Sequence record: PZ452610.1
Length of the DNA stretch: 64,000 nt
DNA from: a phage
Direction: 5' to 3' (one strand)
In this document: positions 17,517-25,637 of the stretch, piece by piece
How the letters are laid out: each line of letters begins with the position of its first letter
How positions within the stretch are numbered: position 1 is the stretch's first letter
The notes under the pieces: model-generated
What the model was told of the DNA's origin: nothing
What the model saw: the letters and a program-made list of their open reading frames with translations, nothing else
Databases searched by the model: none
Translations under genes and position numbers: made by a program

Positions 17517-18097
17517 TAAAAATTCAACATTTTCAAATGAATGATTTTGTATAATCGAGATAAAGGGTCATATTCTAAGTCTTCAATTTCCACAATCTCA
17601 AATCTAGAGATACCTGAGACCATGTACTCTTGTTCAGATTCAATCATATCTAGGACGTCAACACGCGTTTCTTCCATAACATGCTTAGGGTTCTTTCCGG
17701 CGAGTACAATGTTAATCATGTTTTGGTAGTAATCAAAAATGAATGGAGCATTCCTGAGACTAAGAATAGTGTACGTCTGATACTCCCAACTCCCAGAGAA
17801 TTGACGAGCTGTACTGAAATCAGTTGTGAACGATGTTACTCGTCCAGGAGACCAATGGCATCCAACAGAAAGAAGGGAAAGACGTTCTACTTCTTCTGGA
17901 GTTACACCACGGTAGAGTTCTACTGGTACTGTAGAAGACATATGCTTACGAACAAGATGGTCTAATTCATAGTGGAAATCCGGGTCTTCCTTAGAATCGG
18001 TGCAAGCCCAGAGAATGTTTTGTTCTTGGCGGGTGAATTTGCTATCAATCAGATTTGTTAGGTATTCGCGTTCTTGAAGTTCAGATTGACATGTCAT
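17516..18097 (-). CDS. modB: ADP-ribosyltransferase (ModB-like)
   Basis: 193 aa paralog of upstream ORF; ELYRG, TSFTT and acidic Q/E-x-E motifs. Confidence 0.55.
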   Translation of the reverse strand: MTCQSELQEREYLTNLIDSKFTRQEQNILWACTDSKEDPDFHYELDHLVRKHMSSTVPVELYRGVTPEEVERLSLLSVGCHWSPGRVTSFTTDFSTARQFSGSWEYQTYTILSLRNAPFIFDYYQNMINIVLAGKNPKHVMEETRVDVLDMIESEQEYMVSGISRFEIVEIEDLEYDPLSRLYKIIHLKMLNF

Positions 18098-18124
18098 GAT
18101 AGACCTCCATTTAAAGATAAGCCT

Positions 18125-18153
18125 ATCATAACACGAGAGGAGGGAATGTAAAC
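18125..18153 (-). promoter_or_regulatory. early-type promoter upstream of modB
   Basis: Minus strand GTTTAC, 17 bp, TATGAT. Confidence 0.45.
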
Positions 18154-18313
18154 TACTTTTTAAGCTTTCCTACTAAAGGTCCATCAGGACCAGGTTGTTC
18201 TAACATGAATAACGATGCTTTAAAAAGCAATGCCAACCCTTTCACCATTCGATACCATGTCTCAAAGTCTTTTTCCTTGATTTCTAGTAAGAATTTCTCT
18301 TTCAATTTCTCTT

Positions 18314-18502
18314 TCATTTCCAAGGACTCCATGGCGGAGGGTCGTCATAATAAGAGGCAAGGTCTTTCAGGGCTTCAACAGGTAAACTAAAGCCGTGTCG
18401 TTGTATAATACTATCTAGTTCATCGACAAGTTCACTACGATGAACTTTAGGAGCCTCAACTTCAGGCTCATCAAACATACTCATCAAGTCCATATTATTC
18501 AC
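18314..18502 (-). CDS. hypothetical protein (62 aa)
   Basis: ORF track. Confidence 0.4.
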   Translation of the reverse strand: MNNMDLMSMFDEPEVEAPKVHRSELVDELDSIIQRHGFSLPVEALKDLASYYDDPPPWSPWK

Positions 18503-18959
18503 CGAGATAAAAACTAGCCGGTTCAGAAAATGTTTCTAGTGCTACACCTTTTGTCTTAAAAAATTTCCAAATAGCTCGTTGCAAATGGATTAAATCTGCT
18601 AATGACGTAATAAAGTATTTTTTGGCAAAATACTTATGGTCTCGCTTTTCAAACAAGTCTAAACGCTTTTCAGGATTCACATAAACGGCATTTTCCGTAG
18701 ATTCATAACCTAAGTCCTTTATGCCTTCTTCAAGACTAAACGGAGAATTTTTAGAATGAGTAATAGCTCCAACTCGCTCTACACGAATTTTGTAACCTTT
18801 AGGAATCTGCAATTTGCAGAATTCTTCTACGATATATTGCGGATTATTTAGACTTTTGTTAATGAGAATAGCTATTTCTAGTGGAGTCTTATCTTCCACT
18901 GGTATATGTTTAAATGACTTGGCTTCAAGCAAATACATTTTAAATAGCATAGCATCCAT
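18495..18959 (-). CDS. hypothetical protein (154 aa)
   Basis: ORF track. Confidence 0.5.
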   Translation of the reverse strand: MDAMLFKMYLLEAKSFKHIPVEDKTPLEIAILINKSLNNPQYIVEEFCKLQIPKGYKIRVERVGAITHSKNSPFSLEEGIKDLGYESTENAVYVNPEKRLDLFEKRDHKYFAKKYFITSLADLIHLQRAIWKFFKTKGVALETFSEPASFYLGE

Positions 18960-19165
18960 TATAATTTCCTCGATGGTTCACCCATATAAAGTTTTACAAT
19001 ACGTTCGCCTTCATCTTCGACGAGCTTTTCTTCATGTTTCTGGAATTCTTTAGCCATATTCTCTTCAAGAACATCCAGCCAATCTTCTGGACCGACACCA
19101 TCGTCCCAGCTTTTAAACCATTTAACTATCTTGTTCATTCGCAGCTCCCTGAGCTTGAACCACAA
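18959..19165 (-). CDS. hypothetical protein (68 aa)
   Basis: ORF track. Confidence 0.45.
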   Translation of the reverse strand: MWFKLRELRMNKIVKWFKSWDDGVGPEDWLDVLEENMAKEFQKHEEKLVEDEGERIVKLYMGEPSRKL

Positions 19166-19335
19166 TCAGAATAACTTGACCCGGAATCACCAGGCCAAGA
19201 CGATACGTATGAATGATTATAACTTGAAGAGCTTGAAGCATTAACCTGTTTTGTTTTTTGACGAACAACTTCTTCCATCATGCCGTCACCGATATATTCC
19301 CAACTTTTTTCGTGTGTATCAGGAATAGGCATCAT
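19135..19335 (-). CDS. Ser-rich small protein (66 aa)
   Basis: ORF track trimmed to MMPIPDTHEK start just after upstream stop; GAAGGT RBS. Confidence 0.35.
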   Translation of the reverse strand: MMPIPDTHEKSWEYIGDGMMEEVVRQKTKQVNASSSSSYNHSYVSSWPGDSGSSYSDCGSSSGSCE

Positions 19336-19348
19336 ACCTTCGCCTGGT

Positions 19349-19576
19349 TTAACAGCAAACAACTTCTTCAGTATCGTAAGCATTAATTGTTCCTCGAACA
19401 AAACGAACACCACCGTCATCCCAGCGGATTTCAGCATTAAATTTGACGTCTTCACCATCCATCATGAATGAGTGTACGACTACATCATCGTAATATCCAA
19501 GACCGTATTTCAACGAAACTTCTTGAGCAATCAAAGCACCTAATGTGTTATTAGGTTTAATCCAACGATTTAACAT
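19349..19576 (-). CDS. hypothetical protein (75 aa)
   Basis: ORF track trimmed to MLNRWIK start with AGGAG RBS. Confidence 0.45.
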   Translation of the reverse strand: MLNRWIKPNNTLGALIAQEVSLKYGLGYYDDVVVHSFMMDGEDVKFNAEIRWDDGGVRFVRGTINAYDTEEVVCC

Positions 19577-19604
19577 ATTGTTCTCCTCTTGAGTAAGTAA
19601 GAAT

Positions 19605-19634
19605 ATCTTAACACAGTTTTTAGTGGTTGTAAAC
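19605..19634 (-). promoter_or_regulatory. early-type promoter immediately after soc terminator
   Basis: Minus strand GTTTAC, 18 bp, TAAGAT; AGGAG RBS of 19349..19576 follows. Confidence 0.4.
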
Positions 19635-19642
19635 TGTAGAAA

Positions 19643-19670
19643 CAAAAAAAAAGGAATCCCGAAGGATTCC
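19643..19670 (-). terminator. intrinsic terminator after soc
   Basis: Minus strand GGAAUCC-UUCG-GGAUUCC followed by 10 U. Confidence 0.75.
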
Positions 19671-19679
19671 TTAAATTAT

Positions 19680-19916
19680 TTAACCACTTACTGGTGTAGG
19701 GGTAAACATTGCAGCGTTCTTAGTTTTCCAAGTTGCTGCATCAGAAACGACATCAGAATAAGCTGCCTTTTCTGACGGAAAGATTTGGTAATGAGAATCA
19801 GCAATCCGATGTTCGTTTGAATAAATCTCAAACGGAACAGAAACTTCCATACCTTTAACTTCTTTGCCTTCACCAGCAGGATGCGTAAAGGTTTTTATGT
19901 TTACATAACCACCCAT
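19680..19916 (-). CDS. soc: small outer capsid protein Soc
   Basis: 78 aa; GYVNIKTF and HYQIFPSEKAAYS match T4 Soc; TATAAATA late promoter upstream; strong terminator downstream. Confidence 0.85.
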   Translation of the reverse strand: MGGYVNIKTFTHPAGEGKEVKGMEVSVPFEIYSNEHRIADSHYQIFPSEKAAYSDVVSDAATWKTKNAAMFTPTPVSG

Positions 19917-19918
19917 AA

Positions 19919-20143
19919 TTAACTCCTTTGTTGTTTAATTACAGGTGTATTTATAATGAATTCCTGTGGAACAGTAAAATATCCGAATTTAGCTAATACA
20001 ACAACATCACCATTAATGATTACTGGAGAATAATCATCTGAGTTATTAAATTTCCAATGAAGCCTGTCATCATATCCATCAGAACCAAATGCTCGAGTAG
20101 CCGGTCTCCCGGCTTTTTGCCATGCATAAAAATCAAGTTTCAT
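19919..20143 (-). CDS. hypothetical protein (74 aa)
   Basis: ORF track trimmed to MKLDFYAWQ start. Confidence 0.4.
   Translation of the reverse strand: MKLDFYAWQKAGRPATRAFGSDGYDDRLHWKFNNSDDYSPVIINGDVVVLAKFGYFTVPQEFIINTPVIKQQRS
19949..19956 (-). promoter_or_regulatory. late promoter (TATAAATA) for soc
   Basis: Minus strand TATAAATA about 35 nt upstream of soc ATG with AAAGGAG RBS. Confidence 0.55.
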
Positions 20144-20306
20144 TTGCAACCCAATCAACCATATGTAGATGGTCTGATAATTGACTAACATGCTGAAGCT
20201 GATTAGACAGGAGCTTACAAATAAGCTCACTGTTATCATTTTTAAATAGTTGGTCAATACGTTTCTTATGAGCTTTCTTAAGCTGACGTTTATTTAAACG
20301 AGCCAT
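20133..20306 (-). CDS. small basic protein (57 aa)
   Basis: Sub-threshold ORF MARLNKRQLKKAHKKRIDQLF...; TAATG overlap with gene 56 stop. Confidence 0.35.
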   Translation of the reverse strand: MARLNKRQLKKAHKKRIDQLFKNDNSELICKLLSNQLQHVSQLSDHLHMVDWVANET

Positions 20307-20827
20307 TAATAACCTCGGTCTTGACGAGCAAAGTTTTCAGCATTCTTCAGATAATACAGTTTAAAGATTTCTTCAGCAGAAAGACCCAGACCTTGGAACA
20401 TGTTCAGAACGAAGTGCAGAATATCAATCATTTCGAATTTAATTTCGAGCTGGTCTTCGGGAGACAGTTCATCAATACGACGATTACGATATTCAGCATG
20501 TTGTGCTTTCCATGGCTTCCACACAGAGCTGGCAGCTTTTTCACCGTTGGACATACCACCAAGTGAAGTCAGCAGTTCACGGAATTCATCATCAATATAA
20601 TCTTTCTGATTACGCAGCCAATCAACAACATCGCCAGCAGTAGCCAATTCATCAGGATGTTTGTTATGTTCAGGCTTGTCATTTGCCAGACGAACCTGTA
20701 AAGATTTCTGCATATCAAGCATTACCTGCAGTGGGTCTTTATCTTCGTGAATCAGAGCATTAAAATAAGCTTCTTCTGCTTTATCAACACCAGAAATAAG
20801 TTGTGAACATTCGTTAAAGTGTGCCAT
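20306..20827 (-). CDS. 56: dCTP pyrophosphatase (MazG-like)
   Basis: 173 aa from MAHFNE start (AAAGGA RBS); position between soc and primase 61 as in T4. Confidence 0.8.
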   Translation of the reverse strand: MAHFNECSQLISGVDKAEEAYFNALIHEDKDPLQVMLDMQKSLQVRLANDKPEHNKHPDELATAGDVVDWLRNQKDYIDDEFRELLTSLGGMSNGEKAASSVWKPWKAQHAEYRNRRIDELSPEDQLEIKFEMIDILHFVLNMFQGLGLSAEEIFKLYYLKNAENFARQDRGY

Positions 20828-20915
20828 TATTTTTCCTTTCAATTCAGTATAAGAGAATTAATTCTAACATTAATTTTATAAAGCGTAATAAATAATAGGT
20901 AACTAAGGAGATATT

Positions 20916-21113
20916 ATGTTTAAACTTCCATCGTTAATCAACGCTATTAAAGGCAATAAAAAGAAAACTGCTATCGCTGCAATAGTTGTAGGTGGCATTA
21001 TTTCATGGAACTTCGGGATTGCACCATTGTTAGTTGCCCATGGTATTATAGTTCCTTCTGTTCCATTGGATACTGTAGTTGATTTGGCCTTTGCTATTAT
21101 AGGGCTTGTTTAA
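20916..21113 (+). CDS. small membrane protein (65 aa); only convincing plus-strand gene
   Basis: Strong TAAGGAG RBS 6 nt upstream; two hydrophobic segments; convergent with gene 61. Confidence 0.45.
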   Translation: MFKLPSLINAIKGNKKKTAIAAIVVGGIISWNFGIAPLLVAHGIIVPSVPLDTVVDLAFAIIGLV

Positions 21114-22132
21114 ATCTTCGAATAACGAGATAATCTCATTTTAGCATGCAACCCACTTGAAATATTCTGTTTCATATATTCTAAAATTTCTTGTGGTGTT
21201 GCATTTTCTTTCATTACCATATCATTCACATCCTTTGATCTCCATGGAGCTCGATCCCAGAACATGACACGTTCGCCTGCATCAACTAATCGCTTCATGC
21301 GAGCTATAGTATCTGGATGCCTAGGTTCATTATCCATTACCCATACCCGACGTTCTTTAAATGGTACCACATCTAAATCTATTGAGCCGCCTGTAATAGC
21401 GATTGCATTGGGTATGAATAAACTATCAATAGGGCCTTCCATTACCCAGACGTCTCCTTCCTTAACACGTTCAACACCATAAATTTTTGTTGCAGACTCA
21501 AACGCTTTAATAGTGATATATTTCTGAGGAGCATCTTTGCGAAGTGCACGTCCTTGAAATGACTCAGCCTTCCCGTCTTTATTAAAAATAGGAATCACTA
21601 AACGTGGTTCGGGAATCTCTTTCTTATACGTACCAGGTTGAATCTTGTTGACCAATTTAGGCCATTCTAATGTGAACCATAATCTGTTCCACGATTCTTT
21701 AGGAATACACCGAGACTTAACATATTTCACAATAGGATGCTCTTCAGGCAGCTTGTCCAGACGAGAACAAGACGGCAAAGAATTTATAGTCTTTTTCTCC
21801 GGTTCTGGTTTATGTTCAGGAACCTTTTCAATCTTTGGTTCCATTCTAGCTTTTTCTTTACGAACTTCCATTAGATATTCGCGATAAAGCTCTTCATCAT
21901 ACTCTTTTAAGTATCCAGAAATTGTATTGTGGTATTGACAGTTATAGCAATGCACATTACCTGGAGTACCACCGTAATACCATCCGCGAGCTTTCATTGC
22001 ATCTGTCTGGGAGTCGCCACAAACTGGACAACGAAACGTTAATTTAAATGTGCTTGAATTATTGATTTGTCTAAAACGAGGGAGGTGAGAAAACGCACGA
22101 TAAGCAAATTCATTATCTATCCATTCAGCCAT
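21110..22132 (-). CDS. 61: DNA primase
   Basis: 340 aa; N-terminal zinc-binding CPVCGD...CYNC motif; matches T4 gp61 length and position. Confidence 0.85.
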   Translation of the reverse strand: MAEWIDNEFAYRAFSHLPRFRQINNSSTFKLTFRCPVCGDSQTDAMKARGWYYGGTPGNVHCYNCQYHNTISGYLKEYDEELYREYLMEVRKEKARMEPKIEKVPEHKPEPEKKTINSLPSCSRLDKLPEEHPIVKYVKSRCIPKESWNRLWFTLEWPKLVNKIQPGTYKKEIPEPRLVIPIFNKDGKAESFQGRALRKDAPQKYITIKAFESATKIYGVERVKEGDVWVMEGPIDSLFIPNAIAITGGSIDLDVVPFKERRVWVMDNEPRHPDTIARMKRLVDAGERVMFWDRAPWRSKDVNDMVMKENATPQEILEYMKQNISSGLHAKMRLSRYSKI

Positions 22133-22145
22133 AGTATTCTCCAGA

Positions 22146-22166
22146 GGCCTTAAATTAATAAGGCCA
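22146..22166. repeat. intergenic hairpin between 61.1-position gene and gene 61
   Basis: GGCCTTA-aattaa-TAAGGCC 7-bp stem in a 39-nt spacer. Confidence 0.35.
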
Positions 22167-22171
22167 TCATA

Positions 22172-22666
22172 TCACAACTTATTAATATTTACTTTAATTC
22201 GCTTTCTTTTCTTGGAAGGAATTTGTTCTGGACCTTTATTTACGACTGCACCTGTAGTTGTTCCTGATGCAATAGCTTGAGGGCTGCCACCTGAATCACC
22301 AGCCACCATATCCTCAAATAAAGGGAGTTCTTTAAATATTTCTTTCTGTTGTTCTTCTGTAATGTTATAGCGGGATGCTACGGCACTCCAGGCAGACATC
22401 ATTGAGGCCATTCCATTAAGACCTGGAACAGTGCTCATCATTCGCTTCATTGAACGAACTGAAGCATGAAAAGGTGTATAAGCCGCTTTCTCTTCAGGAG
22501 TGGAAGGACGTTTAAGAACACTTCCACGTTCATCGATGATTTTGGCTTCGTATGCTTTCCATTCGGTAAAAGGTTTTTGCATTAGTCGAATAAACTTATA
22601 TGCATAAACAGAATCTATTGCAGTGTTAATAATACCCATAGGTACCTCCTGAGTATATTTAATCAA
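22172..22666 (-). CDS. hypothetical protein (164 aa)
   Basis: ORF track; 61.1 position. Confidence 0.55.
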   Translation of the reverse strand: MIKYTQEVPMGIINTAIDSVYAYKFIRLMQKPFTEWKAYEAKIIDERGSVLKRPSTPEEKAAYTPFHASVRSMKRMMSTVPGLNGMASMMSAWSAVASRYNITEEQQKEIFKELPLFEDMVAGDSGGSPQAIASGTTTGAVVNKGPEQIPSKKRKRIKVNINKL

Positions 22667-22856
22667 TTACAAAGATTGCTTTGTCACCATTTATATCTGT
22701 GACTTCATATGTAGTGCCTTCATACTGTGGAATATTCCAAATTACACCGTCATTAGCTTTTACGCTAATATGGCATTGGTGTTTTGAAACAACTTCATAA
22801 TCTTCAAAACTTGTAAAAACACTAATTTTAGAACCAGTGCAAATTGCAGTAGTCAT
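22659..22856 (-). CDS. hypothetical protein (65 aa)
   Basis: ORF track. Confidence 0.45.
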   Translation of the reverse strand: MTTAICTGSKISVFTSFEDYEVVSKHQCHISVKANDGVIWNIPQYEGTTYEVTDINGDKAIFVID

Positions 22857-22857
22857 T

Positions 22858-23517
22858 TTAACCTCGATTCATAAATGCATTAAATATTTGGTCATCAACA
22901 GAAATTTCTAATTCGACTTCAATTGCTTCGGCCTTTTCTTCAGGTGGTAATTCGTATCCACACACTACAATTTTTTCATCGATATCAAAATATACAGAAG
23001 CAATACGATTAATGTTATTTTCAGTTAAGTCCAAATCAACATCAACATCTTTTTGGCCTACACTTAGAGGATAACTAATACGGGTTATTTTATTATCTTT
23101 AACAAAGAGTCCACCAACATACTCTGTACTACGTTTGAAGTTTACACGTTTCCGAATTGAAAGATATGATACATCTTTACCGTGAGCTCGGCTCATAGGA
23201 CATAATGAATAGCTAGAATAAGAGATGTCAAATCCTACACCTTCAATATGAGCCAACGCGTCATGATTAAACCAATTATAATCATATGCCAAATCCATTA
23301 TATTGTAATATGTGAAAGGCACAGGATTAACATCATATGTTGTACCTTTAAAATCTGCCCAGGCAACGATTTCGTTATCTTTAACAATTACAAAAATTAC
23401 ACCAATATGGTATCCTTTATTATTTTCATTCGGCGTTATATTATAACATTGTGCATTAGGAAATTTACCATATTTAAATGGTGCGTTTTTGTGCATATAA
23501 TAAATCATATTATTCAC
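22858..23517 (-). CDS. hypothetical protein (219 aa)
   Basis: ORF track. Confidence 0.55.
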   Translation of the reverse strand: MNNMIYYMHKNAPFKYGKFPNAQCYNITPNENNKGYHIGVIFVIVKDNEIVAWADFKGTTYDVNPVPFTYYNIMDLAYDYNWFNHDALAHIEGVGFDISYSSYSLCPMSRAHGKDVSYLSIRKRVNFKRSTEYVGGLFVKDNKITRISYPLSVGQKDVDVDLDLTENNINRIASVYFDIDEKIVVCGYELPPEEKAEAIEVELEISVDDQIFNAFMNRG

Positions 23518-23803
23518 CTGTGATTTCGGTTACGATATCTTTGTTATCGAAATTAGGGTCACAATACAAAACATAGTTGTACTGCATGATACCGCCAGAC
23601 TTAAGTTGTTCAACAACTTTATTAACCATATTAGGACGGTCTCGTTTAGTGATGTTCATGATATCAGAGAAGATTTGTTGTTCAACATCTTCTTGATTTG
23701 CAGTCATTGACCACTCACAGAGGTCTTTATCATAACCTGCCGTAACTGGAGCCGGTGCACATGATACTGCAAGTAAGATTGCTGCCAATGATAACTTTTT
23801 CAT
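23510..23803 (-). CDS. sp: periplasmic protein with signal peptide; spackle (Sp) candidate
   Basis: 97 aa (same as T4 Sp); N-terminal MKKLSLAAILLAVSCAPA signal peptide; lies between 61 and 41 as sp does. Confidence 0.45.
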   Translation of the reverse strand: MKKLSLAAILLAVSCAPAPVTAGYDKDLCEWSMTANQEDVEQQIFSDIMNITKRDRPNMVNKVVEQLKSGGIMQYNYVLYCDPNFDNKDIVTEITGE

Positions 23804-23832
23804 TTTAACTCCTTAGTTGATTTGATAGGACT

Positions 23833-23862
23833 ACTATACTATAGTCCATCTATAATGTAAAC
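23833..23862 (-). promoter_or_regulatory. early-type promoter with stem-loop
   Basis: Minus strand GTTTAC, 18 bp, TATAGT; GGACTA/TAGTCC palindrome around -10. Confidence 0.5.
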
Positions 23863-23866
23863 AAGT

Positions 23867-24115
23867 TTATTCTTTTTCGCGAATAATAATTACTTGTTGA
23901 GGCTGCTGAGCCGATTTCTTTTCGGCAACGATAGACCAAATTAAAGTTCCAATCCAACCAATCATCGTCCAGTTAAAGAGTAAAGATACAAAGAAGATTG
24001 CTGTTGTGCTTTTTGTGCCACGAATAAGTGCGATTACCCAAGGCAACATGTAAATGATGATTGAACCAATACCTGCGATTAAAACTGCTACTGAACTAGC
24101 TACGAATAATTCCAT
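23867..24115 (-). CDS. Imm-type superinfection immunity membrane protein
   Basis: 82 aa, two TM segments; YMLPWVIALIRG...LLFNWTMIGWIGTLIWSI matches the Imm_superinfect family signature. Confidence 0.6.
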   Translation of the reverse strand: MELFVASSVAVLIAGIGSIIIYMLPWVIALIRGTKSTTAIFFVSLLFNWTMIGWIGTLIWSIVAEKKSAQQPQQVIIIREKE

Positions 24116-24142
24116 GTTAATTTCCTCTTGATTTGTTATGTT

Positions 24143-24172
24143 TATAATATCTTGTTTTAACTTTGGCGTAAA
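24143..24172 (-). promoter_or_regulatory. early-type promoter upstream of Imm-like gene
   Basis: Minus strand GTTTAC, 18 bp, TATTAT. Confidence 0.5.
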
Positions 24173-24176
24173 CCAA

Positions 24177-24545
24177 TTAATTAAATTTGTTTAAACGTTC
24201 AATACACTGGACGTAGTTATTCGCGATTTGTTTCTGGGTAGGCTCTTTACCAGTTGTTTCAACATAACGAATGAATGCGATTTCAGTAGCCTGTAGACAA
24301 TGTTCTTTAACGCGTTGTTCTTTTGACAATGCTACAGTATCAGAGTCACGATAACGTTGAGCATGGGCATCAGCTTGAATCATTCGATTACCTACAGTAA
24401 CCGGGTCTTCCACTTCAACTTTAGGTTGGTCGTACTGTTTAACATTCGGATTGTAAATCAATTGGCCAACGTTATTAGGGATAAAGCCATGGGCACCACA
24501 TCCGGTTAATCCAAATACCATTGCTAAAGCGATTAATTTTTTCAT
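24177..24545 (-). CDS. putative lipoprotein (122 aa)
   Basis: Signal peptide with lipobox LTGC; early promoter upstream. Confidence 0.55.
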   Translation of the reverse strand: MKKLIALAMVFGLTGCGAHGFIPNNVGQLIYNPNVKQYDQPKVEVEDPVTVGNRMIQADAHAQRYRDSDTVALSKEQRVKEHCLQATEIAFIRYVETTGKEPTQKQIANNYVQCIERLNKFN

Positions 24546-24573
24546 TTCAATTTCCTCTGTAGTTGATAGAAAG

Positions 24574-24603
24574 ATAGTAACACAGTATGTGGGGCTTGTA
24601 AAC
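24574..24603 (-). promoter_or_regulatory. early-type promoter upstream of lipoprotein gene
   Basis: Minus strand GTTTAC, 18 bp, TACTAT. Confidence 0.5.
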
Positions 24604-24616
24604 AGTTATTTTAAAA

Positions 24617-24826
24617 TTATCGAAAATCTGCTTCGAAAACTTTCTCGTCATTAACAAATGCTTTAACTAATGCTTTGTTCACTTCAGCAAGTTGTACCGT
24701 AACCCACTCGATTTCTTCGCGATCACCTGATAACATGATATCTTTAGTGAACATCTCACCGCTTTTAAACCAACCGATAAAAGTAACTTTAGTTAATTTG
24801 CTCATATTTCCTCGCAAAATGCCCAT
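24617..24826 (-). CDS. hypothetical protein (69 aa)
   Basis: ORF track. Confidence 0.45.
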   Translation of the reverse strand: MGILRGNMSKLTKVTFIGWFKSGEMFTKDIMLSGDREEIEWVTVQLAEVNKALVKAFVNDEKVFEADFR

Positions 24827-25119
24827 TCAGCGTGATAAACTGTAGCGCCTTTAGTATCATTCATTTGAACTACATCTACCGGAGAAATTACTCGATAGAG
24901 ACGTGGTTCACCTCCATAAGAGCGTGCTGCTCGTCCTGCATAAATCTTTGCTAAACCGATATCTTCAGTAAAGAATACACGATCCAAGTTTTTCTTACGT
25001 CCAGTTTCAGACAGAACTCCTGTTTCTTCAGGAGGACAAAGCATGTTTTCGATGTTAGCTGAACTACTTGAACCGTGATAAAAAATCTTAAATTCTGCTT
25101 TACAATCAATGGTTTTCAT
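24802..25119 (-). CDS. hypothetical protein (105 aa) with YHGS motif
   Basis: ORF track; FYHGSSSS and downstream acidic residues faintly recall H-Y-E class ADP-ribosyltransferases. Confidence 0.5.
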   Translation of the reverse strand: MKTIDCKAEFKIFYHGSSSSANIENMLCPPEETGVLSETGRKKNLDRVFFTEDIGLAKIYAGRAARSYGGEPRLYRVISPVDVVQMNDTKGATVYHAEWAFCEEI

Positions 25120-25145
25120 TTTGTTCTCCGGTAGTTGATAGGTCT

Positions 25146-25174
25146 ATAATAACACAACTACCGGAGAAGTAAAC
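25146..25174 (-). promoter_or_regulatory. early-type promoter with stem-loop (repeated cassette)
   Basis: Minus strand GTTTAC, 17 bp, TATTAT; CCGGTAGTTG/CAACTACCGG 10-bp stem encloses -10; near-copy at 58247-58304. Confidence 0.5.
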
Positions 25175-25549
25175 TTAAAAACGTAATTTAGATATATCTG
25201 CGTTGATTTCGTTTTGGTTTGCGTCGTATGCAATTAAACGAACCGCTTTAGATGGGTCATTCAATGCATAGAAATGATGGAACATTGCTCGAACGATATC
25301 ACCATTTACGAGTTCTACCTGGATAGGAGAACCTTTTTCGAGTTGGAAATGTTCATAAGCTTTGATGGTTCGCAGATAATCAAGTTTTTGATTTCCAGCT
25401 CCAACAATTTGTACGATACGTTTGCCCATGTTTTCCATACGAGATACAATAGTTTTAGGAGCAAGAATAACGTAGGTTGCCAGTGGAGAAACTACTTCAA
25501 CAGTTGTGTTTTCGGTGATTGCAGTAAAAATTGCTTGAGACATATTCAT
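25175..25549 (-). CDS. hypothetical protein (124 aa)
   Basis: ORF track; AGGA RBS; promoter at 25579-25608. Confidence 0.5.
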   Translation of the reverse strand: MNMSQAIFTAITENTTVEVVSPLATYVILAPKTIVSRMENMGKRIVQIVGAGNQKLDYLRTIKAYEHFQLEKGSPIQVELVNGDIVRAMFHHFYALNDPSKAVRLIAYDANQNEINADISKLRF

Positions 25550-25578
25550 AATGTTTTCCTCTTGGTTGGTGTAAGTAC

Positions 25579-25608
25579 ATCATATCATGCCTAGAGGAAG
25601 ATGTAAAC
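25579..25608 (-). promoter_or_regulatory. early-type promoter directly after gene 41 hairpin
   Basis: Minus strand GTTTAC, 18 bp, TATGAT. Confidence 0.4.
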
Positions 25609-25615
25609 CCAGAAA

Positions 25616-25631
25616 GGAGACCGAAGTCTCC
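25616..25631 (-). terminator. UUCG-tetraloop hairpin after gene 41 (weak U-run)
   Basis: Minus strand GGAGAC-UUCG-GUCUCC 6 nt after gene 41 stop; only UUU follows. Confidence 0.4.
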
Positions 25632-25637
25632 TTTTTA

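Noticed and set aside
20843-20915. Late-promoter-like A/T text (TATAAAGC, ATAAATAA) upstream of the plus-strand small gene and gene 56
   Set aside because: No exact TATAAATA on either strand
25616-25636. Hairpin read as a plus-strand terminator (T-run on plus strand)
   Set aside because: No plus-strand gene upstream; the tetraloop is UUCG on the minus strand like the other minus-strand terminators
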